From: Candidatus Thorarchaeota archaeon
GTDB lineage: Archaea > Asgardarchaeota > Thorarchaeia > Thorarchaeales > Thorarchaeaceae
Assembly: GCA_963726195.1 (NCBI GenBank)
Contig: CAVSBO010000003.1
Coordinates: forward strand, 736,001 to 800,000
Length of the DNA stretch: 64,000 nt
Direction of reading: 5' to 3'
Positions within the stretch are counted from its first letter, which is position 1. Each line of letters opens with the position of its first letter. Made by a program: the position numbers and the translations under genes. This document shows, one piece after another, positions 10,438-20,833 of the stretch. The notes beneath the pieces are model-generated. The model saw nothing but the letters and a program-made list of their open reading frames with translations. It was not told where the DNA came from and did no database searches.

Positions 10438-10887
10438 ATGTCAACCGCCAAGAAATCAGCGAATAGCCCCGGAAGGCGCATTGTGGTAGACTTGGCTGAC
10501 GTTTTCACTTCAATAGTGTTGCTTGTCATCATTTCGGTGCCGCTTATCTTTGTGGTACCTATGTGGATTGAGTATGTTCTGCTTCGAATTCCAGCTTCCG
10601 CGCTCAGATTGAACCCGATTGTTCATTTTGGTTACCTCGGAGCGTTCGAAGTCACGCTAGCACTGGCCGCGGCAAGCGTTGTGATCGGCTACCTGTTTCT
10701 TATCAGGACGAAACCGAAGGCCGGAGCTAGGGATGAGAAGAAGGCAAAACGAGCGATTAGGGAAGAGGCAGAAATCGAAGCTGAAACCGCGACTGAAGTG
10801 GAGGCCGCAGAGGACCTCGAAGAAACCGAAGAAGAAGAGACGGAAGCTTCGGAGCCGGATCAAGAGAACGAGGACAGCGAGAGCTGA
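10438..10887 (+). CDS. Two-TM membrane protein with highly acidic C-terminal tail
   Basis: MSTAKK start after GAGGAG; two hydrophobic segments; E-rich tail. Confidence 0.65.
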   Translation: MSTAKKSANSPGRRIVVDLADVFTSIVLLVIISVPLIFVVPMWIEYVLLRIPASALRLNPIVHFGYLGAFEVTLALAAASVVIGYLFLIRTKPKAGARDEKKAKRAIREEAEIEAETATEVEAAEDLEETEEEETEASEPDQENEDSES

Positions 10888-10925
10888 ATCGTCCGCAGAG
10901 CGCTCAGTGCTGATACATTTTTGAT

Positions 10926-11750
10926 TCACGCTATGCGCCGCGTGCCTTGGAACAGGCCGAGTATCTGCTGAGCCAAATCCTTTGTAGATGCAGCAATGAA
11001 GTTCATTCTGACCTCGATGCGCAATGGCAGCCGCATGCGTTCGCCACTTGCGGCGAGAACAAACCCTCCAGCCTCAGAAACCATGTGTGTGCCAGATACG
11101 TGGATGATTGGCAGAATGTCTCTGAGGTCGACCATTGCGTCAAGTGCTCCACAAGCGGTCCAACACAGATCAAGCAAGTTGCTGCCGACCCTACGCATGT
11201 CTTTCACATGCCCTAGCACGCGAAGCGAACCGGTTGCGAAAGGCTCCACCCAAGGAGCTTTGGTGTCGTACGATACAACAGATTCTGAGACATGCTTTGG
11301 ACCGGCCACTCTCACGGTCTTCCCGTTCCGTCTTACTCCTTTGCCGCTTGTCGCGACATAGACTTCCTTTGTGAAATAGGAACTGATTACGCTAATTTCA
11401 GCATTATCCGTGGTCATCTCATCGGAAAAGGGTATGACCGATATGCCCCCGCAACATAACGGGAGCCCTCGTTCAAGATTCGCAGATCCATCAACAGGAT
11501 CCACAACGGCAAGGAACTCGGGTCGGCCCTTTGCCTGAACAAGGCCTCTCTCTTCGGTCAGGATGCTAAAGCTAGATGACGACTCACGTAGCACTCTGAT
11601 GATCTCATCTTCCGCCATCCTGTCGGTCGCCAGCGTCAAATCCCCAAACGGGTTGAGGCTTTCCGTGGACTCAGACGCGCGGTCTAGATTCTCAAGAACG
11701 ACCCTCTTTGCGGATTCCACAGCATCCTTCAGGATACTGAGCAACGTCAT
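10926..11750 (-). CDS. suhB: Inositol monophosphatase/FBPase (FIG family)
   Basis: TDRMAE, ILTEE, VVDPVDGS, RRVGSNLLDL. Confidence 0.85.
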   Translation of the reverse strand: MTLLSILKDAVESAKRVVLENLDRASESTESLNPFGDLTLATDRMAEDEIIRVLRESSSSFSILTEERGLVQAKGRPEFLAVVDPVDGSANLERGLPLCCGGISVIPFSDEMTTDNAEISVISSYFTKEVYVATSGKGVRRNGKTVRVAGPKHVSESVVSYDTKAPWVEPFATGSLRVLGHVKDMRRVGSNLLDLCWTACGALDAMVDLRDILPIIHVSGTHMVSEAGGFVLAASGERMRLPLRIEVRMNFIAASTKDLAQQILGLFQGTRRIA

Positions 11751-11866
11751 GTAGAGACCTCTGTTTCTTGAATCCCGTACAATTCCTCTGACCGGGAGCT
11801 GATGTGCAATCGTTTAAATGTGTCAGCTGAGGACCGCAGCTGGTTACCATAGGGACGGTGCACTCA

Positions 11867-12527
11867 ATGGGCTTTCTGAGCGGCAAGAAGAAGGTGGATA
11901 CCGAACGCGGCATCCTTGAGATCAAGGGGACCATGAACGCATTGACCCTCAGGATTCGCAGGCTTGAAACGCGAATGCAAGAGGAGCGCAAGTCCGCGAA
12001 AGAAGCCATGGCAGATGGTGAGAAGGCGCTTGCTAGGTCGCACCTCTCAATCATGTTGGATTTGGACAACCGCAGGGCAAGATACAGACAACAATTCCTG
12101 ACACTTGAGACTGCACTTCTCAACATCGAGGAAGCAAAGGACCAATCAGAAGTCCTCGGAGCGTTCAAGATAGCAAATGATGCGCTCTCCAAAGCACAAA
12201 CCATGGTTAGCCCGGCAGAGATACAGATGCAGCTGAGATCGGCTTAGTCAATCAATCGAACAGATATCCGAGGCCGGCGACCTGCTATCTGAAGACCTCT
12301 CTACCACCGGAACGACTGCCGAAATGGAAAGAAAGATTGATCAGCAGCTGGACGCAATGGAAGCGGAGATTCTGCTGGACAAGGAGAAAGTATTGCCGCC
12401 ACTTGCAAAGCAGAAGCAGAAGGAACCCGGCCGAAAACCAGCGACGGAAGAAAAAAGGATTGACGACCTTCTAGCCGACCTCGAACGAGAGGCTCAACAA
12501 GAGAAAGAGCGAGAGGCAGAGAAGTAA
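11867..12527 (+). CDS. ESCRT-III Snf7 (Vps20/32/60-like) protein, one frameshift near 12236
   Basis: MGFLSGKKK helix-0; AKEAMADGEKALARSHL; QFLTLETALLNIEEAKDQSEVLGAFKIANDAL; the join reads QL-DRLSQSIEQISEAGDLLS; then IDQQLDAMEAE..VLPPL and a C-terminal IDDLLADLERE helix. Confidence 0.85.
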
Positions 12528-12567
12528 CAAGGCCGGATCGCTTCACAATGACCTTGCAGGTGCTTCG

Positions 12568-13215
12568 ATGACAATCAGGCTTGTCGTGTTTGACGTAGAC
12601 GGAACATTGACGGTTCACACCAGCATCTGGTGGCGCCTTCACGAAGCGTTTGGCACCCAAGACGAAGGAAGAGTGTTCTTCGACAAATACTTCGCAGGAG
12701 AGATTACCTATCGGCAATGGGCCAACTACGATGCGAGTTTGTGGAAAGGCAAGTCCCTGAACCAAGTTATGGAGATAGTCCGGGCCACCGAGTTGATACT
12801 AGGCGCCAAGGAGGTAATCAAGTCCCTCAAGGACATGGGCGTTTCCGTTGCCATACTGTCAGGTGGTGTCGATCTTCTCGCGGATGATGTTGCGCGTCGC
12901 CTTGGGATAGATTATGTACTGACGAACAAGCTATGTCACACCAACGGCATCCTGACGGGCGATGTCGAAGTGCTAGTGGAATGGGGTCAGAAAGTGAGAA
13001 ATATCACTCAGATAGTAAACCACTTTGGAGTATCTCTCAAGGAGACCGCATTTGTGGGCGATGGTCTCAATGACATTAGCGTGTTTCGACGTGTTGGCCT
13101 ATCTATTGCGTTCAGACCAGAACGGCAAGAGGTCGCAGACGCGGCTCAGGCAGTAGTTCGTGATAAGGATCTCAGAGGCATTCTGAAGTTCATCACACCA
13201 CCTCGCCCCAAATGA
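12568..13215 (+). CDS. serB: HAD-IB phosphoserine phosphatase-like hydrolase
   Basis: FDVDGTL, ILSGG, K, VGDGLND motifs. Confidence 0.75.
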   Translation: MTIRLVVFDVDGTLTVHTSIWWRLHEAFGTQDEGRVFFDKYFAGEITYRQWANYDASLWKGKSLNQVMEIVRATELILGAKEVIKSLKDMGVSVAILSGGVDLLADDVARRLGIDYVLTNKLCHTNGILTGDVEVLVEWGQKVRNITQIVNHFGVSLKETAFVGDGLNDISVFRRVGLSIAFRPERQEVADAAQAVVRDKDLRGILKFITPPRPK

Positions 13216-14356
13216 GAATGGAGAACACGAATAACTGAAGAATCACTATCATGGCTCCCTCGAAAACGTCCAGCTCGTGATCGTCAGTAATTGCGTTAAG
13301 CAAGAACCACAGACTCCCCGCAATAGCCACTATCTGGAAAAGCACGTACCTATCCAGAGGAATCAAAACGAAGATTCCAACCACGCCCATTATGAGAAGC
13401 ACGATCTGGAGGACTCCTCCCAGAAGGTTTCCCAAGGCAATACTGGTCTTCCCCTTAGATGCAGCTGTCAGGGCAACACCATGCTCTGGGAGCGCGCCTG
13501 CCGCGCCTAGTATGATTGCAGCAATCGTGACGGGGTTACCCAGCATGCTTATGATGGGCTGATAGTCCTCAAGCAACCTTTCCGCGGAGAATGTCAGCAC
13601 CTCGCCAGCAAGAAAGACTCCTATGAAGCCAGCTGCGCAAAGGGCTAGAGCGCCCCGTTTCTGATGATAGGCAACTGCACGCTCGCTCTGATCCACTTGC
13701 GGCTTTCTTCCGAGTGCAAGTGCATACACTACGTAAGAGAAGCACATTAGGAAGGAAGCCTCGCGGGGAAAAGTGTCTCTACCAAACAGAAAGGCGATTT
13801 CGACGACTCCCAGTGCAAACATAATCGCTAAGGCCACGATTGTCCAGCGAGTTAGGACGAGGTCTTTTTTAATCGCTTCTTTGGGCACTTTCACGGAACC
13901 TGTCTTTCGCGACAACACGACGACAGTGAGTCCGAGCAATGACATGTTGAATCCGGCGCTCACTAGGACAGACAGCACGGCTATGTCGAGAAGTTCAGGC
14001 TTGTTGGCAGAGTACCCAATCCATGCTGCAAGACCACTTATGACAGCTTCCGGCATGTTGCTGGCCAAACTTGAGAGGATGCCAGCCATGTAGGTTGTAT
14101 GCCCCATGTGGCCTGATGCACTCTCGATTCCAGCAACGGCCCATTCAGAAGGTCGGAACGCCAACCAAGACCCCATCACCAACCCAAGCACGACAACCAC
14201 TGTGGGTTGCATGTTTGCAAGCCGGAGGTAGAAATACAATGCAATGAGCACAGACGCCAAGGCGAGTTCCTTCTTGCCCGCTCCGATAGACTCCCGAATT
14301 CCATGGTAGCTTTGCTTGGAATCCGTTCCATTGGGTAATCCATCGGTCTCCACCAT
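13193..14356 (-). CDS. Ca2+/cation antiporter (CaCA/CAX-like)
   Basis: About 10 TM segments; alpha-repeats SSLASNMPE and GAAGALPEH; IALGNLLG. Confidence 0.8.
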   Translation of the reverse strand: MVETDGLPNGTDSKQSYHGIRESIGAGKKELALASVLIALYFYLRLANMQPTVVVVLGLVMGSWLAFRPSEWAVAGIESASGHMGHTTYMAGILSSLASNMPEAVISGLAAWIGYSANKPELLDIAVLSVLVSAGFNMSLLGLTVVVLSRKTGSVKVPKEAIKKDLVLTRWTIVALAIMFALGVVEIAFLFGRDTFPREASFLMCFSYVVYALALGRKPQVDQSERAVAYHQKRGALALCAAGFIGVFLAGEVLTFSAERLLEDYQPIISMLGNPVTIAAIILGAAGALPEHGVALTAASKGKTSIALGNLLGGVLQIVLLIMGVVGIFVLIPLDRYVLFQIVAIAGSLWFLLNAITDDHELDVFEGAMIVILQLFVFSILIWGEVV

Positions 14357-14466
14357 AGCGGCCAGCTCCTTCTCCAGTTAAGTGATAGACTTGCCTTAGC
14401 CTCCCACTAGAATAGATGGCGACTTATCAACGCGATTCTCACTTATCGGCCTTGGTGCTCAATCCC

Positions 14467-15636
14467 TCAGAGCCGGTAGAAGCAGACTGTGTAGTAGCGG
14501 TATCCCGCGCCAGTGTTCAAGACGACTGCGTTATCGTCAGTTTCTATCGTTCCCATCTCAATCAATCTCTTAAGACCTAGGAACGCAACGGCTGTCTCCG
14601 GGCAAACGTTCAAGCCTTCTACCTGTGCGATTGTCACGCGCATAGGGTCAATCGCAGACTCTGGCACGCTCAATGCAGTTCCGCCAGAATCGCGAATCGC
14701 TCTTAGAATAAGTCGCCCTGCAAATGGTTTGGGTACTCTCAGGCCAAGTGCCTTTGTTCTACAATCCTGCCACATTTCGACATCGTCTTGTACCCGCTCG
14801 ATAGCGCGCACAACCGGTGCGCAGCCCTCGGCCTGGATTGCATATAGGCGCGGTCTCTTGCTTCCTACCAAGCCAATTTCTTCAAGTTCGTTAAATGCCT
14901 TCCAAATCCCAATGATGGCTGTGCCGCCGCCCGTCGGACAAACAACAGCATCGGGCACATCCCAACCTAGCTGTTCCGAAATTTCGAAGCCCATGGTCTT
15001 CTTGCCTTCAACCCTGTAAGGTTCTCTGGTTGTGGATAGGTCGACCCAATTATGCGGCGAACTCCTCATACTCGAACCAGAATCTGCAATCGTGCCCGGA
15101 ACGCCCACTGTGTCTGCACCATACATCTGACACTCCCTGAAGAACAGAGAAGGCGTGTCAGTGGGCATGAAGACGTGTGCCTGGACTCCTGCCGCGGCAC
15201 AGTAGGCACTCATGCTTACTGCGGCATTGCCCGCAGAAGGCAGTGCGAAAGACCGGCCACCCAGCTCAATGTGTTTCGAAATGGCAACACAGAGCCCTCG
15301 ATCCTTGAATGAGAAGGTCGGGTTCCGTGACTCATCTTTGATTAGAATTCTCCCCATTCCGAACTGCTTGACGAGTTCACGAGAGTCAAGCATCGGCGTC
15401 CAGCCTTCACCCAAGCTCACCACTGACGACGGCGACCTTACCGGAAGCAACTGGGCGTAACGCCACATCGAGTTGACGGATGAAGGGAAGTTATGGGAAG
15501 AAACATCCTCTCTTAGGGAGTCTGTGTCATACCTTGCCAGCAAAGGAGAACCGCAGGTACAGCAGCCGACGATTCTGTCTGCTGAGAACTCACGATTACA
15601 TTCAGGGCATTGAAGGTTTAGTATCCGAGAGCTCAA
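14467..15636 (-). CDS. thrC: Threonine synthase (PLP fold type II)
   Basis: N-terminal Zn ribbon, [38 protein letters not shown]. Confidence 0.85.
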   Translation of the reverse strand: MSSRILNLQCPECNREFSADRIVGCCTCGSPLLARYDTDSLREDVSSHNFPSSVNSMWRYAQLLPVRSPSSVVSLGEGWTPMLDSRELVKQFGMGRILIKDESRNPTFSFKDRGLCVAISKHIELGGRSFALPSAGNAAVSMSAYCAAAGVQAHVFMPTDTPSLFFRECQMYGADTVGVPGTIADSGSSMRSSPHNWVDLSTTREPYRVEGKKTMGFEISEQLGWDVPDAVVCPTGGGTAIIGIWKAFNELEEIGLVGSKRPRLYAIQAEGCAPVVRAIERVQDDVEMWQDCRTKALGLRVPKPFAGRLILRAIRDSGGTALSVPESAIDPMRVTIAQVEGLNVCPETAVAFLGLKRLIEMGTIETDDNAVVLNTGAGYRYYTVCFYRL

Positions 15637-15717
15637 CGATCATCATTCGAGGTTACACTGACACTCAGGCTTAAAGGTCACTATCACCAACCTATCGTCG
15701 TTCATATCCAAGTTGGT

Positions 15718-16926
15718 GTGCCCTTGACCGACCTCGAACGGTCCGTGATGCCATTCGCTGCCATAGTTGGACTAGATAGACTCAAGCTAGCCCTTATTCT
15801 CAATGGTGTTAACCCGAGGATTGGCGGCGTCTTGGTGTCGGGGCCCAAAGGAACCGGCAAGACTACGGCGGTCAGGGCGCTTGCGGACCTCCTGCCCGAA
15901 GTGAATGTTGTTGAGGGGTGTGTCTTTGGCTGCAAGCCGGCAAGTGATTTTCTCTGTCCTGAATGCCGAGATCGGCTTGAGAGACGAGAGGAACTCGAAA
16001 CACTGAGGCGAAAGATGCGTGTCGTGAATCTTCCGCTCTCGACCACAGAGGACCGACTCATTGGGTCTCTCGACATAGAGCGCGTTTTGAAGGACGGAGT
16101 TCAGGCACTGAGACCGGGTATACTAGCAGAAGCAAACCAGAACATCCTCTACGTGGACGAAGTGAATCTGCTACCAGACCACTTGGTTGACGACCTGCTC
16201 GACGCGGCAGCAACCAAGGTCAACGTGATCGAGAGAGAAGGCATATCGTTCGTACATCCTTCTGACTTTGTACTGGTCGGAACCATGAACCCGGAGGAGG
16301 GCGAACTGAGACCGCAGCTGCTCGACAGATTTCCACTCCACGTAGCCGTCGGTGGCGGTCTGAGTGTCGAGGACCGAATGGAGCTCGTCAGGCGGAATCT
16401 TGCCTTCGAAAAAGGCCCGAAGCAGTTCAGAGAGGATTGGTCAGAACGTCAATCCAGTCTCATGCAGAAGGTCATTCGCGGAAAGGAGATGCTCGATGAG
16501 GTTGTGCTTGCAGAATCGAGATTGAGGGCAATAGCGATGGCGTGTGACGCGCTCGAAGTGGATGGTGTAAGACCTGACATCATTATCAGCAAGACAGCCA
16601 TAACGAATGCCGCATTCGAAGGTCGAAAGGAAGTCACACTCGATGACATGAAGCTCGCTGCCCAGCTGGCATTGAGTCATAGAACAAGAAGGGGCGGTTT
16701 GCTGGAGCCTCCCTCTGCTGATGAGATAGACCGAGCAATCGCGAAGGCAGATGAGGTTGCACGCAAGCGAGATCATCGAGAGTCACCGGCAGAGGTTCCT
16801 CCCTCACCGGAGAGACAGACGGACCGAGCATCAGGGGGAGTCTTCGGCCGCCAACAGAAAACAGCTCAAGTTGGGGCCTCGGATGTAAAAAAAAGCTACA
16901 TCAGGGATAAGGAGACCGCGCGGTGA
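15718..16926 (+). CDS. ChlI/BchI-like AAA+ ATPase (chelatase small subunit or ChlD N-terminal part)
   Basis: [53 protein letters not shown]. Confidence 0.9.
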   Translation: MPLTDLERSVMPFAAIVGLDRLKLALILNGVNPRIGGVLVSGPKGTGKTTAVRALADLLPEVNVVEGCVFGCKPASDFLCPECRDRLERREELETLRRKMRVVNLPLSTTEDRLIGSLDIERVLKDGVQALRPGILAEANQNILYVDEVNLLPDHLVDDLLDAAATKVNVIEREGISFVHPSDFVLVGTMNPEEGELRPQLLDRFPLHVAVGGGLSVEDRMELVRRNLAFEKGPKQFREDWSERQSSLMQKVIRGKEMLDEVVLAESRLRAIAMACDALEVDGVRPDIIISKTAITNAAFEGRKEVTLDDMKLAAQLALSHRTRRGGLLEPPSADEIDRAIAKADEVARKRDHRESPAEVPPSPERQTDRASGGVFGRQQKTAQVGASDVKKSYIRDKETAR

Positions 16927-18388
16927 CCCCATAAGAGGAACCATGTGCGCTATCATGATGGTTGTGGCCTTCACCTTCTTGGCTTGGATATTCTTCAGTC
17001 CTATCAACTTCATGTTTGGAATCAGTCCCGCTAGCCCTCCAACTCTATTGGTTTTGGTGTTGGATACTCTTGTTTACATCCCTTGCATGTATTATCTGAT
17101 GCGAGCTTGGCTAGGGCGAATGATGAGGAGAAAGAGTGGTCCGGCTGCTGGCATTGATGTGGTGGAGCCCGAGGGTGCAACGCCAAGCCAAGGCGATGAG
17201 TGGGGAGAAGCAACGCGTCCCTACACGCAGGCATCAACACCCAAGATTACGGGTCCCAAGTCGGACATCCGAAGTAGCCCGGTCGGACTTGATATGGGTT
17301 TCTTCATGAAGCCCCCCGACATCACGAGTGGCGAAAGTCTGTTTGACCCGAATCAGCTCCAGTCGCGAGCCATGATGCGCTCGAGCGTATCATCAGGGAA
17401 CTGGCATCGGAAACGTGTGAGTTCCAGAGCTATGGGCTCGCTCAAGGCTTCTGAAAGCAGGCAGACAGGCAGGTGCCTACGTGCGAGAAAGCCTCATGGT
17501 GAGATCTCGATGCCAAGCCTCAGTTCCACGATAGCCGCTGCTGCATTGAGAACCGGCAGAATCGGAGAAGGGGAGAGACTCAAGATTCGACGTGAGGACT
17601 TGCGCGAGAAGGTTCTTGCTCAGAGAACGCCTCTCACAATCATACTTGTCGTCGACGTCAGTCTGTCAATGAAGGGCAGCATGAACGAAGTCCGCAAGCT
17701 ATTGGAGAAGGTTGAACAAGAAACGAGGGGCTCGAAAGACAGGATAGGAATCGTCGCTTTCAAAGACAGCGGCGCTGTTGAGGTCCAGACACCGACCTCA
17801 AACTGGAATAGGGTATACAGAGCACTCACTCGTTTGAGAATCTCAGGCCTCACACCGTTAGCAGACGCGCTAGCAAGGACTTTGGATACCGTGAGGCGGG
17901 AACGCATGAGAGGTGGAAATACCGAGTCCCTAGTCTTGATAATCTCAGACTTCTCGCCTAACATACCCTTGCTGGGCTCCTTGAGCTCTAACAACGTCAC
18001 CTATTCTCCGTTACAGGACATTGTCAGGACCGCGAGACTGCTGAGAACTCAGAGAGTGCGATTGGCAGCGGTCAACGTTGATCCAGAACAAGCAAAGTGG
18101 TCGAGATTCCTCAAGAGATCATACCACGAAGCGACAGAGGTCGCAGTAATGCTTAGGGCCAAGAAGGACGGCCTTCGGGACCCGATCGAGACTGTTCTCA
18201 GTATTCCCGAGTTTCGAAAGTCATTCGGTGCCTTTCTGGTCGCAAGAGCGGGCGGCGGAAGAGCATTCCTCTCCAGCGAACTTCTGAGAGAGAGGTCAGC
18301 ACTCGCCTCCCTTCTAAGAGGAACAGAACCTCAGAGTAGGCACAGTCTGGAGGATCTGGCTGAACCAGAGACATACGTGCGCAAGTAA
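16889..18388 (+). CDS. ChlD-like vWA domain protein with N-terminal TM hairpin; frame open from the A8 run
   Basis: [25 protein letters not shown] (MIDAS), [21 protein letters not shown]; two hydrophobic segments near 16950-17110. Confidence 0.8.
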   Translation, partial: KKATSGIRRPRGDPIRGTMCAIMMVVAFTFLAWIFFSPINFMFGISPASPPTLLVLVLDTLVYIPCMYYLMRAWLGRMMRRKSGPAAGIDVVEPEGATPSQGDEWGEATRPYTQASTPKITGPKSDIRSSPVGLDMGFFMKPPDITSGESLFDPNQLQSRAMMRSSVSSGNWHRKRVSSRAMGSLKASESRQTGRCLRARKPHGEISMPSLSSTIAAAALRTGRIGEGERLKIRREDLREKVLAQRTPLTIILVVDVSLSMKGSMNEVRKLLEKVEQETRGSKDRIGIVAFKDSGAVEVQTPTSNWNRVYRALTRLRISGLTPLADALARTLDTVRRERMRGGNTESLVLIISDFSPNIPLLGSLSSNNVTYSPLQDIVRTARLLRTQRVRLAAVNVDPEQAKWSRFLKRSYHEATEVAVMLRAKKDGLRDPIETVLSIPEFRKSFGAFLVARAGGGRAFLSSELLRERSALASLLRGTEPQSRHSLEDLAEPETYVRK

Positions 18389-18577
18389 TGCTGGCTTAGA
18401 GAATGGTTGACTCGATTGTTTTTTAACATAAGGCAGATTCACTCAATGGGCGCATCTAGTCAGAGAGCAGCCTGATGTCATAGTGAGTGAGGAGAGCCCC
18501 CAGCGGGTTTTCGATGAATCTACTTTTCATGCATCATGGCACAGGACTGGTGCGCCCCCTACCATGAGGAGCTGCGA

Positions 18578-19624
18578 ATGATGCTTCACGGGAAACTCCC
18601 TCCGGATGTGCTTGAGCGTCTTGTCTTCACACGACTGGGCAGTAAGGACCCAGACTTGATACTTGGTCCCGGCACAGGCCGCGATGCGGCGCTGATCAGA
18701 ATCGGGGATAACATACTTGTGGCATCCACGGACCCAATAACCGGTTCAATCGAAGATGTCGGTTGGCTTTCCGTTCATGTGAATGCAAACGACATAGCAA
18801 CGTTCGGAGTAACTCCGAGATGGTTCTTCGCGTCGTTAATGGTGCCAAGTGGCAGCACAGTTGCAGACGTAGGCCGAATCATGGAACAAATAGACGAGGC
18901 TTCCAAACCTTTGGGCATAGCAGTAGCTGGGGGACACACAGAGTTCACTGGCGGCATTGACAGACCAATCGTCGCGGGGTTCATGTTGGGAATCACCCGC
19001 GAAGGGCAGTACGTCACCTCTGCTGGAGCGCAGCCTAGCGACTCTATTGTCATCACTAAGACCATAGGTCTCGAAGGAACAGCCATCCTTGCGGCTGAAG
19101 GGGCCAAGGTTCTTTCCCGACGTGTCAGTGAAAGGGTTCTTGCTGATGCAAGACGACTTAGGGAACAGATCAGCGTTGTGAAGGAAGGCCTTGCAGCGTT
19201 CGAGACTGGTCATGTAACTGCGATGCATGACCCCACAGAGGGAGGTTTCGCCGGAGGGATACACGAAGTATGTGACGCAAGCGGTGTCGGATTTGAAATG
19301 GACCTCGATGCCATACCCATTCATCCTTCAACGCTATCAATCTGCCCGCGAACTCGACATAGACCCTCTTGAACTCATTAGCAGCGGATGCATGGTCGTG
19401 ACCTGCGATTCCAATCATACTGAAGAAGTCGTGGAGAGAATCAAGGGGCAGGGGTTGAAGCCAAAGTCATTGGCTCAATAGTTCAAAATCGAAACCAGCG
19501 GGATGTCATGTCAGGAGAGAAAAGAAGCCCTCTACCCCGTCCTAGAACAGACGCACTCTGGGGTGCGCTCACAAAGATAGAGACCTTACGAAATCCCTCA
19601 CGGGGTCGAGCTGGGCGTCGGTAA
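18578..19624 (+). CDS. AIR synthase-related (HypE/ThiL/PurM-like) protein, frameshifts near 19345 and 19452
   Basis: GKLPP, GPGTGRDAA, STDPITG, VNANDIAT, GGHTE, AMHDPTEGG, DPLELISSG, DALW. Confidence 0.85.
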
Positions 19625-20372
19625 CGCCCTCAATGATGATGGGCGAGAGAGAGATATTTCCTCTTGTCAGGACCTCATACACGTCCGTGCCCTTTGGTGG
19701 AACAATCTCAACGCCGCGAACCCAGTAGTAGGGACTGCCGTTCGGGTCAATCCTGCGTTCAATTTCGTCCTTCATGCGAGCTCTCGCGGGTTTTGTTACG
19801 ACTATCTGTGTCTTGTCCGTAATCTGGCGCGGGAAGTTCAGGTTCAACACGCTGGTGTTTCGCGGCATACCTGTTTCCAGAATATGCTTGATTACGCGCG
19901 TTGCCATCTCACATATCGCGTGACAGTCAGTGTCGTCTCCGGACTCTGAGAACCAGTCTTCTGACGAGGCCTCTCTAGATATCGCAACGGCTGGATAACC
20001 CCTGAGAGCAGCTTCGATAGCTGCTCCTGCAGTGCCACTAGTTAGAATGCTTTGATATCCCGCATTTGCACCGGCGTTGATTCCTGATACGAAAAGATCC
20101 AGCTTCTTCGCAAAGTACTGGGCTATGACAACAGAGTCGGCCGGCAGACCATCGTGAGCTATCAGCCTGTAGCCAGCTGACTGAGCATCTTGCGTCACTC
20201 GCAGAGGCCGATTCAATGTCTGTCCTTTTCCAGAGGCACTCCTTTGGCCGTCTGGCACCACAACAATCAGGTCTGCGATATCTTTCAGATGGTCTGCAAG
20301 ACTCAACAACCCGGGACTCACAGGACCATCATCGTTCGTTAGACATATCTTATGCAACACTGCTTCTTCCAA
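19569..20372 (-). CDS. surE: 5'/3'-nucleotidase SurE
   Basis: LTNDDG, QRSASG, DGLPAD, SGINAGAN, SGTAGAAIEA, LNLNFP. Confidence 0.95.
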   Translation of the reverse strand: MEEAVLHKICLTNDDGPVSPGLLSLADHLKDIADLIVVVPDGQRSASGKGQTLNRPLRVTQDAQSAGYRLIAHDGLPADSVVIAQYFAKKLDLFVSGINAGANAGYQSILTSGTAGAAIEAALRGYPAVAISREASSEDWFSESGDDTDCHAICEMATRVIKHILETGMPRNTSVLNLNFPRQITDKTQIVVTKPARARMKDEIERRIDPNGSPYYWVRGVEIVPPKGTDVYEVLTRGNISLSPIIIEGVTDAQLDPVRDFVRSLSL

Positions 20373-20423
20373 GCCTTACTGGCTCTAGCTTCGTTGGTAG
20401 GTGCTTCATAAGAGTAGCGGACG

Positions 20424-20468
20424 AAAAAGTATAGGGGAGGCTCGAAGCAGCGTAAGCTTGCCTCTCCT
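20424..20468 (-). terminator. Hairpin plus T-tract downstream of the histone gene
   Basis: Minus strand reads AGGAGAGGCAAGC-loop-GCTTCGAGCCTCCCCT followed by ATACTTTTT. Confidence 0.5.
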
Positions 20469-20485
20469 CCCGACGACCCCGCGGT

Positions 20486-20656
20486 TTACAAATCGTAATC
20501 CTTGAGGGTCTTGCGCTTGTTGCCTTCGGTCCTCTTCGCTGCGTGTTCAAGCACGTCGCGAACTTTCTTGTCGAGGGCCTCATAGAAGTCTGAGCTGACT
20601 TGTAGATCTTTGCTCTTAGCGAATTCCTGTACTTTTGACTTCACTATAAAGCTCAT
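20486..20656 (-). CDS. Histone-fold protein, short-alpha3 type (face-to-face/DUF1931-like), 56 aa
   Basis: Below the ORF-track size cutoff. MSFIVKSKVQEFAKSKDLQVSSDFYEALDKKVRDVLEHAAKRTEGNKRKTLKDYDL; GGAGTGA RBS; RKTxxxxD motif. Confidence 0.9.
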   Translation of the reverse strand: MSFIVKSKVQEFAKSKDLQVSSDFYEALDKKVRDVLEHAAKRTEGNKRKTLKDYDL

Positions 20657-20833
20657 TTGCACTTCACTCCACTATTAATGGTAAGGCAGAATGGCCTGTA
20701 GGTGGCTTTTAAACGTTATCTGAGAACGGTGCCGAGAGGCCGTTTTTGGGCCGTCTTTGGCGGTTTTCAGGTAAGGAAACTGGCTCCATATGCCCCCGGG
20801 CAGTCGATTATACTGCAAACACGACACAAAACA

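Noticed and set aside
11867-11890. Vps20-like N-myristoylation signal on the ESCRT-III protein
   Set aside because: Ser is at position 5 rather than 6, and no N-myristoyltransferase is evident; better read as membrane-binding helix-0
20424-20468. Eukaryote-type histone mRNA 3' stem-loop
   Set aside because: Does not match the 6-bp GGYYCT-TTTH-AGRRCC consensus; hairpin plus T-tract fits an ordinary terminator
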